This document shows positions 1-12,700 of a stretch of DNA of 64,000 nt, piece by piece. Made by a program: the position numbers and the translations under genes. Positions within the stretch are counted from its first letter, which is position 1. The number at the start of each line of letters is the position of its first letter. Source of the DNA: Eledone cirrhosa. Its lineage: Eukaryota. The notes below the pieces were generated by a model, which ran no database searches, was not told the DNA's origin, and worked only from the letters and a program-made list of their open reading frames with translations. The stretch covers positions 41,168,001-41,232,000 of the forward strand of contig OZ024743.1 of NCBI GenBank assembly GCA_964016885.1, written 5' to 3'.

Positions 1-407
<407 letters not shown>

Positions 408-517
408 GTAAAAGTTCTATTTAAATTGTTGGGATGAAACAAGCAAATATTTTTATAACTGATATAAAGCACTCAACAAATATTAACAAATGGAAACTAT
501 ATTTATAAAACCATATT

Positions 518-582
518 TATTTTATTATACATATTTCAAGGATACCAAGTTAAATTATGGTGTGTTTTCATCAGATAAAATA
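518..582 (-). ncRNA. Type I minimal hammerhead ribozyme
   Basis: Minus strand reads TATTTTAT CTGATGA aaacacacca-loop-tggtatcctt GAAA T ATGT A TA^ ATAAAATA; 8-bp stem I perfect, core intact. Confidence 0.8.
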
Positions 583-732
583 TAATATATATCAGTTTTA
601 TAAATAAATATTGACATACCCTGAACAAATGCAACCATTATGTATTATATATAAATGCAACCAAAATAGAAAAGTAATGGTTGCATTTTTGAAGGGTATG
701 TCAATATTTATTTATAAAACTGATCTATATTA

Positions 733-797
733 TATTTTATCTGATGAAAGCATACCATAATTTAACTTGGTGTCCTTGAAATATGTATAATGAAATA
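733..797 (+). ncRNA. Type I minimal hammerhead ribozyme
   Basis: TATTTTAT CTGATGA(741-747) AAGCATACCA-loop-TGGTGTCCTT GAAA(778-781) T ATGT A TA^ ATGAAATA; predicted cleavage after 789. Confidence 0.82.
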
Positions 798-990
798 AAT
801 ATGGTTTCTATATAAATATAGTTTCTATTTCTTAATATCGTATGTTTACTCCAAATACTTGTTGAGTGCTTTATATCAGTTATAAAAATATTTGCTTGTT
901 GTATCCCAACAATTTAAATAGAACTTTTGCATATATATATATATATATATACAGAAAGACAGAGAGAGGGAGAGAGTGTGTGTGTTTGTG

Positions 991-1026
<36 letters not shown>

Positions 1027-1186
1027 GGAGAGAGAGAGAGAGAGACAGTCAGAGAGTAAGGCAGACATACTTATTGGAAGTGACATGATAAAATTCATTC
1101 ATGCTTCACTAATGTAGTATATGCTCGGACTTAGTAACTATTTGGTATAATCTGACAAAATTATTATACACACACGCACTCACACA

Positions 1187-1418
<232 letters not shown>

Positions 1419-1509
1419 TTGCGCTAGCAGCCGAATAGTATGATAAGTCATATCTTTATGAATATAAATCGAGTAACCGAGATTGCATCAACGAGTTTAA
1501 ATATATTCA

Positions 1510-1790
1510 TTTTCTTCTTCACCCATTTATTCCTGAGATGGTCGTGGGACAGAGTCCTCTTACGCCCCTTCCAGTTGGTCCTATCAATAGCAACCATCTC
1601 CAAATGATTGGCTGGATCCCCAAGCGGGACCAGCCAAGCTCATGGATGTTTTCCAACCCATGGTTCTCCTGCCGATTGTTTTGCCCGTAACATCTGTCCA
1701 GCGATTATTTCTTGAGACATTTTATTCACATTCCTATGCTCATAATATAGGAGCTCTGATCTCTCAATTAGGAGTAGTAGACTTAATATA
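1510..1790 (-). mobile_element. Decayed 3' end of an RTE-like LINE
   Basis: Minus strand reads as disrupted ...MVAIDRTNWK..., resembling the A-x-D-R-x-x-W RTE C-terminus, then a short AAG-type tail. Confidence 0.5.
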
Positions 1791-2125
1791 GAGGCATGTA
1801 AGCATGCCAGAAAATAAGAATTTCCCTGTAAAGTGAAAACAATGATAGGAATCTTTAATCGGTTTTGAATCTAATTGGACCGTCTTCAGAAGAGATGTAT
1901 ATCATCCGATCAACCACAAGGAAACATGTATTTGATGGGTATTTATACTTGTTATTATTGTGAAATGGACGAACTAATTTTGCATAGAATTAGCAGTCAT
2001 CTCGGTAATTAACTAAGATATATAGTAAGAAGGGCTCTAGCACCCGACATGCATGATGGTTATATCGACATAAATAATGAGTGTGTAACCGTGACTTCCC
2101 CAATTCCTAATTTACACACACATAG

Positions 2126-2180
<55 letters not shown>

Positions 2181-2183
<3 letters not shown>

Positions 2184-2323
2184 CGAAGGAAATGTGGTAA
2201 GGAACCAGGTGGACCATAACGCACCAAAGTACTCAATACTTGGGGTAGTAGAGTGGGTAATTGGAACCAGTAAGACCCCGACATCGAAACGGCTTGAGAT
2301 CAGCCGTCGGGGTCTTACTGGTT

Positions 2324-2325
<2 letters not shown>
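2181..2325 (-). mobile_element. Family B short element with fold-back arm (half-HHR)
   Basis: Between (TA)n tracts; GGAACCAGTAAGACCCCGAC ... GTCGGGGTCTTACTGGTTCC inverted repeat; homologous to 9195-9248, 12219-12530, 40510-40628, 48355-48492, 53180-53365. Confidence 0.8.
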
Positions 2326-2375
<50 letters not shown>

Positions 2376-2376
2376 T

Positions 2377-3045
2377 AAATATAAATTCAGCGAGAATCGT
2401 ATTTCGGCTGGTAGAAAAAGCGAAACGAAAGGCAAAATAGTAGAAATGCTGGCAAGCGCTCAATATGTTAAAATGCCATACAAACTGAAAAGTGGTCAAG
2501 AAGCCATTAAACACCTAAGCCAAAAAACAAATCAAGCTAAACAGGTCAAACAAAACAAATGATAAAAACAGACCTGGACCTAAGTGGAATTGATGGTAAA
2601 ATCCAAATGCAGGGTTTCTATGACACCTAAATCAATAATACTGTCTGCTTAAAACTACAAACTTTCAGCATAAAGATCGAACAAGGAATATTACGTTATC
2701 AACAGGTATTTTACTCTGTAACCAACTTTGTGAGTGACGCATAACTTTGTAAAAGCACATGTGTAAGTCACAAGGGGAAATTCCCCAGATTTTGGCAAAT
2801 GAATTCAGTATGTGTATATAACAAATTGCATAGATAGCACAAATCGAATAAACTCTCAACCGGGTAGTTTTGAAAATAAACTGATGCAATTAATCTGTCA
2901 AGAGAATTATTAACAGGTTAATTGTAAGACTCGGGAGATTAATACAAATATAAATTCAGCGAGAATCGTATTTCGACTGGTAGAAAAAGCGAAGCGAAAC
3001 GAAACGCAAAATCGTAGAAATGCTGCAAGCGCTGCAATAGTTAAG
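2377..3045. mobile_element. Element with about 95-bp terminal direct repeats between (TA)n tracts
   Basis: AAATATAAATTCAGCGAGAATCGTATTTCG...CAAGCGCT at about 2377-2470 and 2947-3045; no TG..CA ends. Confidence 0.6.
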
Positions 3046-3062
3046 AAAACTATATATATATA

Positions 3063-3149
3063 TATTGGGTCGTCAAGTATGAAATTTGTAGAAATTTGTA
3101 TTTTTTTTTCCTAAAAGTTTCTACAAACTTCATACCTGATGACCCAATA
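3063..3149. mobile_element. Tc1/mariner-like MITE
   Basis: TA-TTGGGTCGTCAAGTATGAAATTTGTAGAAA ... TTTCTACAAACTTCATACCTGATGACCCAA-TA; about 33-bp imperfect TIRs with TA flanks. Confidence 0.6.
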
Positions 3150-3369
3150 TACATACATATATATATACGTGGTACATCTTTGTTATCCGTATTATTGATA
3201 TAGTTATTCATGTTCTTGTATACGTTTGTTTCAAAATTCTATCACCATTTACGATCAATAGCGTTTTCCATAGAGGTTTACAGCAAGGCAATCACTTGCT
3301 CAGTGCATTTCTAAACCAAAATCGACAAGGAAAGGCCCTTGTACATTTGTGGAGAACATATACCCTGGT

Positions 3370-3720
3370 GAAGAAGAAGAAGAAGAAGAAGAAGAAGAAG
3401 AAGAAGAAGAAGAAGAAGAAGAAAGAAAAAGAAGAAGAAAAAGAAGAAGAAGAAGAAGAAGAAACAGAGGATCTGTAGTTGTGAGAGGGATGGTGGTGAT
3501 GATGGGGGCGGTGTTGACGTTGTTTGTGAGGGGGATGGTGGTGATGATGGGGTGGTGATAACGTTGGTGGTGAGGGGGATGGTGGTGATGATGGGGTGGT
3601 GATAACGTTGGTTGTGAGGGGGATGGTGGTGATGATGGGGTGGTGATGACGTTGGTGATGATGGGATGGTGATGACAGTTGTGATGATGATGACTCTGAT
3701 GATAGTGGTGGTGATGACGC
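3370..3720. repeat. (GAA)n microsatellite followed by a GGT/GAT-rich minisatellite of about 45-48 bp
   Basis: GAA run 3370-3462; GTGAGGGGGATGGTGGTGATGATGGGGTGGTGATAACGTTG unit repeated about 4 times from 3481. Confidence 0.9.
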
Positions 3721-3803
3721 GAGGTTGATGATAAGAATGATCGAAACGATGTGGAGGATAACGTTCGTGTTGAATATGATAATAATAGTGGTGGTGTTTA
3801 TAA

Positions 3804-4170
3804 AAATTGTTTCTACATTTGGGCACAAGGCCAACAATTTCGGATGAGAGGAAAGTCGATTAAATCTACCCAGTTTGTTACTGGTACTTTATTTTCTCGA
3901 CTCCGCAAGGATGAGAGGCAAAGCTAATTCGCCATTTTTTATAGACAGAACGTAAAAGGCCGTAACTCAATACTACAAACTATTTTGTCCGACACTAACA
4001 ATTCTGAATATCCGTGGTTATAATAATTGTTATAATAATTGTATCTGTTTTTGGCAAAAGGCCAGCAATCAATCCCGTGCATTACTGGTGCTTTATTTTT
4101 CCGCTCCCGTAAGAATAATAGGCAAATTAACCTCGGCAGGATTTGAACTCAGAACGTAAAGGGCCATGAG
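3804..4170 (-). mobile_element. Two diverged tRNA-derived SINE copies
   Basis: Reverse-complement matches to GAGTTCAAATCCCGCCGAGGTTAACTTTGCC and the TGGCCTTGTGCC-AGAAACAATT tail. Confidence 0.75.
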
Positions 4171-4605
4171 TCTAGACAAAGGATATACTTATTATACTTG
4201 TTATAATAACTAGTAGAAAAATTACACTTCCGGTGGTTTTCTGCTAGCATGTGTATTCTGTATATTGATATTATACGCACATATATATGCATGTAGATAT
4301 GATACATCAAATAAAATCGTTATTAACAATATACACAGAATATACACATTGTCTTATGTAATCAATAACGTAATCCATCATACGTTAAAAAAAGACAATA
4401 TTATATATAAACTGCATTAGGAGAAAATTAGTGACGGAAATATATGTATGTTTATTTAAGCGATCGCTAACCGGAAGTGTTGTCATTTGAAAATGATAAA
4501 GAAGTGAATCTTTAAATGAACAATACAATATATTCAATCAACAGCCACGAAATTTAGTAGATACATTATGTAATATTCATTCATTATTTATTCAAAGTAA
4601 TCCAA

Positions 4606-4793
4606 GTAAGGGCGGTGGATGTGCAGTATCGGTAGAGAGTCGGACGCCATGCTTTCCAGCATAGTTACGTCCCTTTAAGGTGTGAGTTCAAATCTGCCGA
4701 GGTTCACTTTGCTTTTCATCCTTACGGGGTCGATGAAATAAAGTACCAGTAATGTACTGGTTGTGTTCTGGCCTTGTGCCAAAAGTAGAAACA
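4606..4793 (+). mobile_element. Full-length tRNA-derived SINE with 23-bp TSD
   Basis: B-box-like GAGTTCAAATC; central CTTTCATCCTTACGGGGTCGATGAAATAAAGTACCAG-like domain (Meta-domain-like, from memory); TSD ATTATTTATTCAAAGTAATCCAA at 4583-4605 and 4794-4816. Confidence 0.9.
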
Positions 4794-4899
4794 ATTATTT
4801 ATTCAAAGTAATCCAACTTAGTTTACTAATTGGATAAAAAAAGTATAAACCGTACGCAGTCCCGCACCCCTTACTTTATTGGAGTTTAGAATTTTATAA

Positions 4900-5452
4900 T
4901 AATTGTATCTATTTGGGGCACAAGGCCAGCAATCAATCCCGTGCATTACTGGTTCTTTATTCTATCGCTCCCGTAAGAATGAAAGGCAAATTTACCACGG
5001 CAGAATTTTAACTCAGAACATAAATGGCATTAAGTCTATGCTGCAAAGAATAGACTTATAGTTGTTATAATAATTGTTTCTACTTTCGGCACAAGGCCAG
5101 CAATTACCCAGTACATTATTGGTACTTTATTTTATCGACCCCGTAAGGATGAAAGGCAAAGTCAACCTCGGCGGGATTTGAACTCAGATCATAAAGGGCC
5201 GTAACTCTTTTGCTGCAAAGCATGGCGTCAGACCCTCTACCGATACTGCCTATCCACTATAATAATTGTTTCTACTTTAGGCACAAGACCAGCAATTACC
5301 CAGTGCATTACTGGTACTTTATTTTGTCGACCTCGTTAGGATGAAAGGCTACGTCAACCTAGGCGGGATTTGAACTCAGATCGTAAAGGGACGTAACTAT
5401 GCTGGAAAGCATGGCGTCCGACTCTCTACCGATACTGCCAATCTACCGCCCT
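4900..5452 (-). mobile_element. Head-to-tail array of three SINE copies
   Basis: Three successive reverse-complement copies, each starting ATAATAATTGT. Confidence 0.88.
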
Positions 5453-5854
5453 TTCTATCCTCTATAATAATGTTGATTCATATGATGTTGATGGCCTCAA
5501 ATTGCTGCTTTTACCGATGACCAAGTTGCATGTGGTGAAGAAGATGTTCAATATGCGATAAGAAAAATGCCATGCTGCTGATGATAATTATGTTGGTGAT
5601 GCTGCTGAAGTTGAAGACAGGGATACTATTGCTGTTGTGGACGATGGTGATAAATATAATTATGAGAGTCACTAATAGAAATAAACATATAAATATAACA
5701 TATTTATGGAGGTGAAAGAATTCGAAGATAAAATAAAGATTTATAGAATTAAATAAGGAGTATGATTAGAAGACGGAAAAGAAAGCCATTCAAAAAAATA
5801 TTAATGCTTGATTAAGTTTACATGTCATGTATGTATATGTTTGTGGATTTAGCT

Positions 5855-5965
<111 letters not shown>

Positions 5966-6256
5966 TCCACAATCATTCATAAAAATAAATATTAGACAAT
6001 TCTACAAGTATTATAAATACCCTCCCAAAAATTCGAGAAAAAATGTTTTTTAAAAATCATATATAAACAAGCATGAATAAATAAACATACATATTTTCTA
6101 GTTCGATTAACAGATCGAAAGTTGAATATAAAGGATAAGGTAGTTGGAAGAAACTGGCAAAAATATTTCATATATAAATAAAGAATTAAAATTATACATA
6201 GAGAGACGTGCGTATGTACGTGTATGCTATATAATAGATATATAACATATATGTGC

Positions 6257-6297
<41 letters not shown>

Positions 6298-6436
6298 TAT
6301 ATTTTAATAAATATATATTTATTAAAATAACATATTAAAGTTTAAGCAAAGAATCTATTCATATATATGTGTTTATGTATATATATGTGTGTGTGTATGT
6401 ATTATATATATAAACATATACATACATATATATATA

Positions 6437-7071
6437 TAGTTATGTAATAAACAAAATAAAATAATTATTTCATTTACCAGTGGTTTCTTGAAAGCAGATG
6501 TTTCAGCCGTCAGAATGAATAAAAAACATGGTGTTTTTATTAAATATGGATTTGAAAACAAATTTTAGAAATATGAAAGCGAGGCTGAGAAAGAAACGGG
6601 CGAAAAAGAAGAGGGGAAAAAAATCTATATATAAACAAAAATATCCAGAACGTAAGCATACACACACTCAACTACGCGTATACTTTTTCACATAGTTTAG
6701 ACACAGGGACATAAATACATACACATACATATACATAAAGTAATAGGAATAAAGAAATAAATGAATGTAGACGCATATACGCTTATGTGAAAAAATATAC
6801 GTCTACGTACTTTTTAATTATATGCACTTGGTGGAGTGTGTGTATGTTTACTTTCTGGATAATTATTGTTTATATATAGATATTTTTATATTCTTTTTCC
6901 CCAATTCTTTTCTCAGCCTCACTTTCATATTTTTAAATTTGTTTTCAAATCCATATATAATAAAAAGACCATGTTTTTTTATTCATTTTGACAACTGAAA
7001 ACAGATACATCTGCTTTCAAGAAACCACTGGTAAATGAATTAATTATCTTATGTTGTTTATTACATAACTA
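6437..7071. repeat. Long imperfect palindrome next to (TA)n
   Basis: TAGTTATGTAATAAACAA...TTTACCAGTGGTTTCTTGAAAGCAGATG mirrored by CATCTGCTTTCAAGAAACCACTGGTAAA...TTGTTTATTACATAACTA; arms about 260 bp. Confidence 0.9.
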
Positions 7072-7152
7072 ATAAGTTCTGTAGCCTACACAGAGCACTC
7101 TTTTTTCCTGTACCTTTCCGATGGAATTACTTCATTTACACACACACACGCG

Positions 7153-7190
<38 letters not shown>

Positions 7191-7222
7191 AATATATATA
7201 TATATAGATATATATTTATATA

Positions 7223-7288
<66 letters not shown>

Positions 7289-7517
7289 TATGTATATACA
7301 TATTATATATATATATATACATATATATGTATAAACATATTATATATATATATATATACATATATATGTATATACATATTATATATATATATACATGTAT
7401 ATATCTATATACATATATATGTATATACATATTATATATATATATGTATATATATACACATATATGTATGTATTATATATATAAACATAAATATATATAT
7501 ATGTATATATATACATA

Positions 7518-7581
<64 letters not shown>

Positions 7582-7626
7582 TATATGTATGTATTATATA
7601 TATATAAACATAAATATATATATATG

Positions 7627-7676
<50 letters not shown>

Positions 7677-7692
7677 TAGATATACATACATA

Positions 7693-8966
7693 TTCCAAAC
7701 ATGGAAGCACGGCCTAGAGTCAAAAGGACTTAAAATTAACCTGGCTAAGACCAAAGTTCTAGTTTGTAGGAAAGAAAACAAGGCGGCGGTCCCTTCTGGG
7801 AAATGGTCGTGCTCGGTATGTAGGAAAGGCGTAGGTAGAAACTCCATCTTATGTCCTAAATGCAAAGTATGGGTGCATAAAAGATGTAGTGGGATCACAG
7901 GTAAGCTAACTAAGAACATAGACTTTACATGTGGCCGGTGTTCTGGTGCAATAAGTAGCAGCAAGTGCCCACAAAATACTAGCTCTTTCAATTGCGCAGA
8001 GGGTTCTATAGAAATAGTGGACAGCTTCCGTTACCTGGGCGATAAAATCAGCAGTGGGGGAGGGTGCTCTGAAAGTACTGTAGCTAGAGTCAGAACTGGT
8101 TGGAAAAAGTTCAGAGAGCTTATACCACTATTAGCTGCTAAAGGGTTCTCCCTAAAAATGAAAGGCAGGTTGTACGATGCCTGCATACGAACAGCAATGT
8201 TGCATGGTAGTGAGACCTGGGCATTGTGTGCAGAGGATATACGCAGACTAGAGAGGAACGAAGCTTGCATGCTCCGCTGGATGTGTAACAGTAATATACG
8301 TGAACGGCAAAGCATAAACGAACTAAGGAAAAAATTAGAGATAAGAGGGATCAGATGTTGTTTACTCGAGAGAAGGCTGCGTTGGTATGGACACGTGATG
8401 CGCATGAAAGTCGATAGCTGTATTACAAATTGCAGGGCAATAAAGATAGACGGTAGCCACGGAATAGGCAGACCTAGAAAAACATGGGATGAGCTGATAA
8501 ACTCCGACCTCACACACTTACACCTCTCCAAGACAATGTCACTGGACCGTGACCTTTGGCGGTACTCAGTAACAGAGAAGACCCGCCTTGCCAGTAGGCA
8601 TCTCTAACAAACTACACCCCGTCCCGCCACCACCCCCACCCCATCCACACCGCCCCGTTCTATGTAAAGTTATGTTGGTGCCGCGCCATCCAGGCCGAAA
8701 CAAATGAGATCGTGTAGGTGTCACGACAAAAAAACACACAGTCCACGCTGTAATGTGGCCGTGTAGGCAACACGGTAAAAACCTCCCAGACCCACACTGT
8801 AAATGTGGTTGGTGTTAGGAAGGGCATCCAACTGTAGAAAACCTGCCAGACAGTCCTATGCGAGCAAGACAATCACTCTTGCCTCAAGTGGGACTACCCC
8901 CGTCCAAACCCATGCAAGCGTGGAACACGGACGTTAAACGTTGATGATGATGATGATGATGATGAT
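7693..8966 (+). mobile_element. 5'-truncated RTE-clade LINE (RT C-terminus with PHD-like finger, 3' UTR, (GAT)n tail)
   Basis: Open frame to 8607: [58 protein letters not shown]; tail GATGATGAT at 8943-8966. Confidence 0.93.
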
Positions 8967-9129
8967 ACAGTCTGGTAAAGAAAACATATAGTGCATCTAC
9001 TTGAGAATAACTCACATCAGAAGAAATCAGAGAGAAATGTTAAATAGCGACAAATTCGCAGACACATTTTTATATGTCAGACATTAATATGCGTGGGGTA
9101 TATATATTACTCACCACCACACAGCCCTG

Positions 9130-9197
<68 letters not shown>

Positions 9198-9247
9198 GTG
9201 TAACCACGACGGCAGAGCTCAAGTGGTTTCGACGGCTATGTCTGGAC

Positions 9248-9318
<71 letters not shown>

Positions 9319-9482
9319 GTATATATATAAATAATTTTGAGTATATGTTTGTTGTATACCAACACATTCGTATGCAGATTGGAGCACTCGGCGAAGTGCG
9401 CAGGATGGTTAGGTTACTCCGGAGTAATGTAATATAAAGTTTAATAAATAAGTCAAATGTTTCCAATTTGGTTTCGTTTATT

Positions 9483-9537
9483 ACTGCTATATATATTTCG
9501 GTGAGAGCCATCTTTGGTTGTGACCTCTTCATGCAGT
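9483..9537 (-). ncRNA. Hammerhead ribozyme, one core substitution (C3 to A)
   Basis: ACTGC aTGAAGA GGTCACAACCA aaga TGGCTCTCACC GAAA T ATAT A TA^ GCAGT. Confidence 0.7.
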
Positions 9538-9716
9538 CCAAATTAGTGTGGTAGAGACGAGTACACATGTTGTTGAGGTGTTTAACTTTGTCAATAGTCT
9601 GATATGCCCAGTTCCTGGTTGGGTTGTTGTTTCATTGAGGAACTGGGCATATCAGAGTATTGACAAAGTTAAACACCTCAACAGCATGTGTATTCGTCTC
9701 TACCACACTAATTCGG

Positions 9717-9771
9717 ACTACCTGATAAAGTCACAAACAAAGATGGCTGTCACCGAAATATATATAGCAGT
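9717..9771 (+). ncRNA. Hammerhead ribozyme, one core substitution (G8 to A)
   Basis: ACTAC CTGATaA AGTCACAAACA aaga TGGCTGTCACC GAAA T ATAT A TA^ GCAGT. Confidence 0.65.
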
Positions 9772-9817
9772 AATAAATGAAGCCAAATTTTAAAGACCTA
9801 TTTATTTTATTTTATTT

Positions 9818-9856
<39 letters not shown>

Positions 9857-9929
9857 TTATATACATACTTTATATATATACATATATATGTACATATATA
9901 CACATATATACATAAATATATATATATAA

Positions 9930-10021
<92 letters not shown>

Positions 10022-10074
10022 CATAAATATATACAGATACACACACATATATATATATACATATATATATATAC

Positions 10075-10153
<79 letters not shown>

Positions 10154-10614
10154 CAAATAAATATATTTAATTTCTTTTAGCCGTTTTGGAAGCCTCAACA
10201 ACGCAGATGGGTATTTCTGCGGGTAACAGTATCCGGTGGTGAAGAGAGAGATGTAGGGAATATAGAATGAGATGTATAGTGTGCAGAGGAACGTAGGAAA
10301 GTGCGTACAAAATAAAAATAATAACACGAGATAGAGTTACCTTGGGATAGATTTAATTGTCTCTATGTTTCGGATTCGCATCCATCAACTCGGGCGTTTT
10401 CCGTGGGGGGGTTATATGTCCGAGAGGAACGCTACGTGTCCTCTGGTGTTCGCTGTACGTGACTAACTGAGGTATTCTGCAGAGCGCGTGTGCGCGTTAA
10501 TAAGTGTGATCAAGCACAGGTCGACGGTCCAAGTATTTCCTTTAATGTGGGAGTGGGATGGCGTTATCTGTCAATCCATTGTACTATTTATCTGTTTTGG
10601 TTTTAGGTATATAA

Positions 10615-10685
<71 letters not shown>

Positions 10686-11092
10686 TATACGTACACACAT
10701 AAACTCACGCATACACAGACACACACACACACATACATATATATGCACATATATATATATAGACAAATCTTCCCATAGATGACAAAGAAAAATCAAACAA
10801 AAAAAATATTATGCGGTAAACTCTTCTATGACACGCAGATGCGTAAAAACACACAGAAAACAAATACACCGTAAAATGTACGTGTATGTGATCAAAGATA
10901 TACCTGAAGACTACAACTAGTATTGGTCATTGTTGTGGAAAGCAATGTGGACAGATTTTTATATCAGGTGACATGTATGTGAATGTTTCAAGCAGTATTA
11001 TTATTTTTATTATTAAAGCATAAGATAATACATTTTCCATTAATTTAATCATTTAAATACTACTTATTTCTTCAGCTTTCACTCACAAGACG

Positions 11093-11187
<95 letters not shown>

Positions 11188-11346
11188 AGAAACACACAGA
11201 TACATGCGGACACACACATATACATGAATATATCCACATCCATTCTTGAGTTAATGGTGCCAACCTTAACCGATGTTGCTCTATGAATAACTGGGACAGA
11301 CCAATCCGAATGGATTAGACTGAACCAGTATCAGAGCTAAAAGAAC

Positions 11347-11384
<38 letters not shown>

Positions 11385-12176
11385 TACATATATAAACACT
11401 CTCAAGTGAATATCACAGACATATATGATTTGGAAATGAAGTAGTTTTTGTTATACTGGTTTATAGTCGAAAGATTTTCATTTAATATATTGTCGGTATT
11501 CTATTTTTTCAGATATTTTTTTGTATGTAAAACGATACAATTTAGCTATATTTCTAAGAGTTTTATGGCTTCACACCAAAATATCGAAATAGATGACAAT
11601 TGTAACTCCCAGTAAAACCTCTTCTCCTAATAAAGTACTTTCCACTTCCAAACAGTTTTTCATTGACACCAAAGCTGGCGTCTTGTGTCACCAATCCACC
11701 TCTTGATTTCTTACGATTTGGACTAGCTCTTTCAGAGAACCTCTCTTGCTATGCTTCAGGGTAATGCATTCGCTATACAGCATGAAGTAACACATTTCGG
11801 ATGTGCAACTGCATTAGCTTGTTTTGCGTCATTGCACATTGTAAAGTTGCAATTTTAATTAACCTTACACCAACACAATACTTATTGTTATGTCAAAAAA
11901 CTGAATTGAATACTCAGTCACTTATATATTAACATATTCTGTTTCATAATGGACTAAGTGGCAATTTTAGTTTACCTCCCAACTAATATATTGTTATGAC
12001 TTGAGATTCAGTAGGATACACTGCGACTCCATTGAACTATTTCTTTGATATGTTTCTAATGAAAGTGTCTGCGAAACGTTATCACAGATTTGAAGGGATT
12101 TAGTAGTATAACTGTTATTGCTTATTAAAAAGGGTACTAAGGAAATTCAAACCATCAGGCAAATCTGTTTGCAACA

Positions 12177-12218
<42 letters not shown>

Positions 12219-12221
<3 letters not shown>

Positions 12222-12528
12222 AACCAGTAAGACCCCGACAGCTGAGCTCAAGCCGTTTCGACGGCTAATTCTGGACTGGGATTGGGATGTTCTTGGTAGA
12301 GAAGTCAATGTTGTGTTTTCGCATGGTGCGGGTGAAATGAAATGAGCTTAGCGGAAAAGTCTGGATACGGCGTGGTAGGGTCGGAAAGTGCTCTACTACA
12401 GGAAAATGTTCGAGTCCCCGACGGCGGGCTCTCGGACATTTTATTACCCTATTACCCACTCTACAACCCTAAGTGTTGTGTACTCTGGTTCGTTATGGTC
12501 CACCTGGTTCCTAACCACACTTCATTCG

Positions 12529-12530
<2 letters not shown>
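12219..12530. mobile_element. Family B composite copy retaining a PLE ORF start
   Basis: Minus strand 12324-12277 encodes MRKHNIDFSTKNIPIP fused to the family B half-HHR; plus-strand family B tail at about 12445-12530; (TA)n on both sides. Confidence 0.7.
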
Positions 12531-12590
<60 letters not shown>

Positions 12591-12594
<4 letters not shown>

Positions 12595-12700
12595 AAATAA
12601 CAGATTAAGGTTTAAGCAAAGAACCGCTGCTTTCACCCTTATCTATATGTAGTAAAAAACCTGGAAGCTATATCCGCAGTAAGTAGGGCACTCAGTCTAG
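12591..12700 (-). mobile_element. Recurrent element 3' tail abutting (TA)n
   Basis: ATTGAAATAACAGATTAAGGTTTAAGCAAAGAA also at about 6320-6355 and 17652-17703; GCAGTAAGTAGGGCACTCAG resembles 25330-25348. Confidence 0.6.

Larger units (their letters stand above)
408..930. mobile_element. Palindromic HHR-bearing PLE-derived element (family A)
   Basis: Inverted arms about 408-640 and 675-930, flanked by (TA)n on both sides; each arm has an outward-pointing HHR followed by a TGAGTGC-containing tail. Confidence 0.85.
9460..9790. mobile_element. Palindromic HHR-bearing element (family C)
   Basis: Arms about 9460-9617 and 9638-9790 with a short spacer of about 20 nt; outward-facing HHR plus AATAAA in each arm; (TA)n nearby on both sides. 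Confidence 0.85.

Noticed and set aside
1845-1895. Minus-strand CTGAAGA...AAAACCGAT HHR-like motif
   Set aside because: G12 is lost and the stems are weak; at best an old remnant.
3136-3142. CTGATGA inside the small MITE
   Set aside because: No downstream GAAA or stems; it is part of the terminal inverted repeat.
4900-5452. Regularly spaced repeats resembling a CRISPR array or tRNA cluster
   Set aside because: Units are SINE copies of about 180 bp without unique spacers or a complete cloverleaf, in eukaryotic DNA.
7327-7692. N-terminal part of the 426-aa ORF
   Set aside because: It is (TA)n read-through fused in frame to the truncated RTE; only the part from about 7693 is real coding remnant.
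10897-10970. CTGAAGA-CTACAAC...GTTGTG-GAAA motif
   Set aside because: Stem II forms, but no credible stem III or cleavage triplet could be built.
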